Source: Macrostomum lignano (taxonomy: Eukaryota). Taken from it: a stretch of DNA of 64,000 nucleotides. Of this stretch, positions 61,001 to 64,000 are shown piece by piece. The translations under genes were made by a program, and so were the position numbers. The number at the start of each line of letters is the position of its first letter. Position 1 is the first letter of the stretch. The DNA lies in contig NIVC01001551.1 in the NCBI GenBank assembly GCA_002269645.1, forward strand, positions 124,001-188,000. The letters run 5' to 3'. The notes under the pieces were generated by a model. That model had not been told where the DNA came from, ran no database searches, and saw only the letters and a program-made list of their open reading frames with translations.

Positions 61001-63480
61001 AAGCGTCATGTAATGACGTCATGTACGTCATGACGTCATGTAAACAATCATAAAAGCGTCATGTAAAAAATCGTAGAAGCGTCATATAAAAATCGTAGAA
61101 GCGTCATTTAAAAAATCATAGAAGCGTCATGTAAACAATCATAGAAGCGTCATGTAAACAATCATAGAAGCGTCATGTAATAAATCATAGAAGCGTCATG
61201 TAAACAATCATAGAAGCGTCATGTAAACAGTCATAGAAGCGTCATGTAAAAATCATAAAAGCGTCATTTTAAAAAATGATAGAAGCGTCATGTAATGAAT
61301 CATAGAAGCGTCATGTAAACAGTCATAGAAGCGTCATGTAAAAATCATAGAAGCGTCATGTAAACAATCATAGAAGCGTCATGTAAACAATCATAGAAGC
61401 GTCATTTAAAAAATCATAGAAGCGTCATATAAACAATCATAGAAGCGTCATGTAAACAATCATAGAAGCGTCATGTAAAAATCATAGAAGCGTCATCTAA
61501 AAATCATAGAAGCGTCATGTAATGAATCATAGAAGCGTCATGTAAAAAATCATAAAAGCGTCATGTAAAAAAATCGTAGAAGCGTCATATAAAAATCATA
61601 GAAGCGTCATGTAAACAATCATAGAAGCGTCATGTAAAAATCATAAAAGCGTCATGTAAACAATCATAGAAGCGTCATGTAAACAATCATAGAAGCGTCA
61701 TGTAAACAATCATAGAAGCGTCATGTAAAAAATCGTAGAAGCGTCATCTAAGAATCATAGAAGCGTCATGTAATGAATCATAGAAGCGTCATGTAAAAAA
61801 TCATAAAAGCGTCATGTAAAAAAATCGTAGAAGCGTCATATAAAAATCATAGAAGCGTCATGTAAACAATCATAGAAGCGTCATGTAAAAATCATAGAAG
61901 CGTCATGTAAAAAATCATAGAAGCGTCATGTAAACAATCATAGAAGCGTCATGTAAACAATCATAGAAGCGTCATGTAAAAATCATAGAAGCGTCATGTA
62001 AAAAATCATAGAAGCGTCATGTAAACAATAATAGAAGCGTCATGTAAACAATCATAGAAGCGTCATGTAAACAATCATAGAAGCGTCATGTAAAAATCAT
62101 AGAAGCGTCATGTAAACAATCATAGAAGCGCCATGTAAACAATCATAGAAGCGTCATTTAAAAAATCATAGAAGCGCTATGTAAACAATCATAGAAGCGT
62201 CATGTAAACAATCATAGAAGCGTCATGTAAAAATCATAGAAGCGTCATGTAAACAATCATAGAAGCGTCATTTAAAAAATCATAGAAGCGTCATGAAAAA
62301 ATCATAGAAGCGTCATGTAAACAATCATAGAAGTGTCATGTAAACAATCATAGAAGCGTCATGTAAAAATCATAGAAGTGTCATGTAAACAATCATAGAA
62401 GCGTCATGAAAAAATCATAGAAGCGTCATGTAAACAATCATAGAAGCGTCATGTAAAAAGCATAGAAGCGTCATGTAGAAAGCATAGAAGCGTCATATAA
62501 AACTCATAGAAGCGTCATTTAAAAAAATCATAGAAGCGTCATGTAAACAATCATAGAAGCGTAATGTAAAAAATCATAGAAGCGTCATGTAAACAATCAT
62601 AGAAGCGTCATGAAAAAATCATAGAAGCGTCATGTAAACAATCATCGAAGCGTCATCTAAAAAGTCATAGAAGCGTCATGTAAACAATCATAGAAGCGTC
62701 ATGTAAACAATCATAGAAGCGTCCTGTAAACAATCATAAAAGCGTCATGAAAAAATCATAGAAGCGTCATGTAAACAATCATCGAAGCGTCATCTAAAAA
62801 TTCATAGAAGCGTCATGAAAAAATCATAGGAGTGTCATGAAAAAATTATTGAAGCGTCATTTAGAAAATCATAGAAGCGTCATGTAAACAATCATAGAAG
62901 CGTCATGTAAAAAAATCATAGAAGCGTCATGTAAACAATCATAGAAGCGTCATGTAAAAAATCATGGAAGCGTCATGTAAAAAATCATAAAAGCGTCATG
63001 TAAAAATCATAGAAGCGTCATATAAAAAGCATAGAAGCGTCATGTAAACAATCATAGAAGCGTCATGTAAAAAAATCATAGGAGCGTCATGTAAACAATC
63101 ATAGAAGCGTCATGTAAAAAATCATAGAAGCGTCATGTAAACAATCATAGAAGCGTCATGTAAAAAATCATGGAAGCGTCATGTAAAAAATCATAAAAGC
63201 GTCATGTAAAAATCATAGAAGCGTCATATAAAAAGCATAGAAGCGTCATGTAAACAATCATAGAAGCGTCATGTAAACAATCATAGAAGCGTCATGTAAA
63301 CAATCATAGAAGCGTCATGTAAACAATCATAGAAGCGTCATGTAAAAAAATCATAGGAGCGTCATGAAAAAATCATAGAAGCCTCATTTAAAAACTAATG
63401 AATGTGTCATTTAAAAAATTAAGAAGCATCATGGTAGAATAAAAGAAGCGTCATGTCAGACATGAAGGGTGTCATGTAAA
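55052..63480 (+). mobile_element. Non-autonomous Helitron of the same family as 2175-12531, with internal re-duplications; 3-prime end not seen
   Basis: Starts A|TCCAATATACTAAAAATGGTCTGTCTGTG followed by (TCTA)n. The core shares long blocks with the 2175 head (CAGAAATTTTCC, GACGGTACATGCATC, TGGCTAAGAAATTGCTCAATG, CATTGTAAGAATGCTAGAGAAAAAACTGACTGG). The core recurs at ~58242 and ~60433 without the 5-prime terminus. Confidence 0.75.
55640..63420. repeat. Satellite C, 23-24-bp unit (AATCATAGAAGCGTCATGTAAAC), three arrays (~55640-58240, ~58810-60432, ~61000-63420)
   Basis: Direct reading. Confidence 0.95.
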
Positions 63481-63879
63481 AATTAAATGCAGCTATAATG
63501 CTGTGCTGGGGAGAAAAACTGAGACGTAAAGGCTCTCAGAGAATAACTGATCAGAGAATAACTGAGATTACGGAGGGGGGGTTTCTGAGATGTCAAAGCA
63601 ACAGTCAGAAGCTACTTCAAAGTTCATGTACTTTACTCAATTTTTTTATTGCATTCTTTGTTGGCTCGCCACGGGGGGCGCTGATAGAAGAAGATTCATG
63701 TAAAAAATAAAAGTAGCACTATGTATACATAAAAGAAAAGTCATGTCGAAGTTAAAAGATTCATTTGGGAATTGCTACGATGTCAAAGCTTGGTGGAAAT
63801 CGTTATAGTGCTGTGATTCTTAAAGAAGGAATCACTAAAATGTCAAGGCTTAGGGGAGAAGAATTGCTGAGATTTCAAG

Positions 63880-63930
63880 GCTTTAGGTTGGGTTAAAGTT
63901 AGGTTTAGGTCAGGTTTGGGTTGAGGGTTA
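63880..63930 (+). repeat. Short degenerate TTAGG/TTGGG tract
   Basis: TTTAGGTTGGGTTAAAGTTAGGTTTAGGTCAGGTTTGGGTTGAGGGTTA. Confidence 0.4.
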
Positions 63931-64000
63931 TATTTTATCGGGTTTCAAGGTTAACAGGGGATTTTTTAGACTTCAAGGTTAATGGGGGCCATTGCTGACA

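Noticed and set aside
63661-63690. CGCCACGGGGGGCG as the 3-prime hairpin of the second Helitron
   Set aside because: The stem is weak and no CTRR follows at the expected distance, so the end is left undetermined.

Overview
This is eukaryotic (animal) genomic DNA, not prokaryotic: genes have GT-AG introns and there are no operons or CRISPR arrays. The GC3-rich exons and minisatellite-filled introns resemble free-living flatworms such as Macrostomum, which is an inference only. Three protein genes are supported: a 3-exon ATP23 metalloprotease (30473-32236, +, 211 aa), a 15-exon long-form ABCC/MRP transporter (35872-46507, +, 1562 aa by my exon assembly) and an intronless divergent SUMO (48359-48625, -). 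The rest is mostly tandem repeats and mobile DNA. A non-autonomous Helitron family carries satellite arrays, as three head-to-tail units at 2175-12531 and a relative starting at 55052. There are several TIR/TSD-bounded MITEs, including nested hAT-like insertions at 25569-29564, a decayed mariner (51509-53550) interrupted by a foldback MITE, and three copies of a tRNA-derived SINE. Almost all long ORFs in the supplied track outside the three genes are artefacts of tandem repeats. The most interesting signals are Helitron-borne satellite amplification, minisatellites built from splice signals, and sharply bounded CpG-empty, TpA-rich blocks. All coordinates and counts were read by eye.
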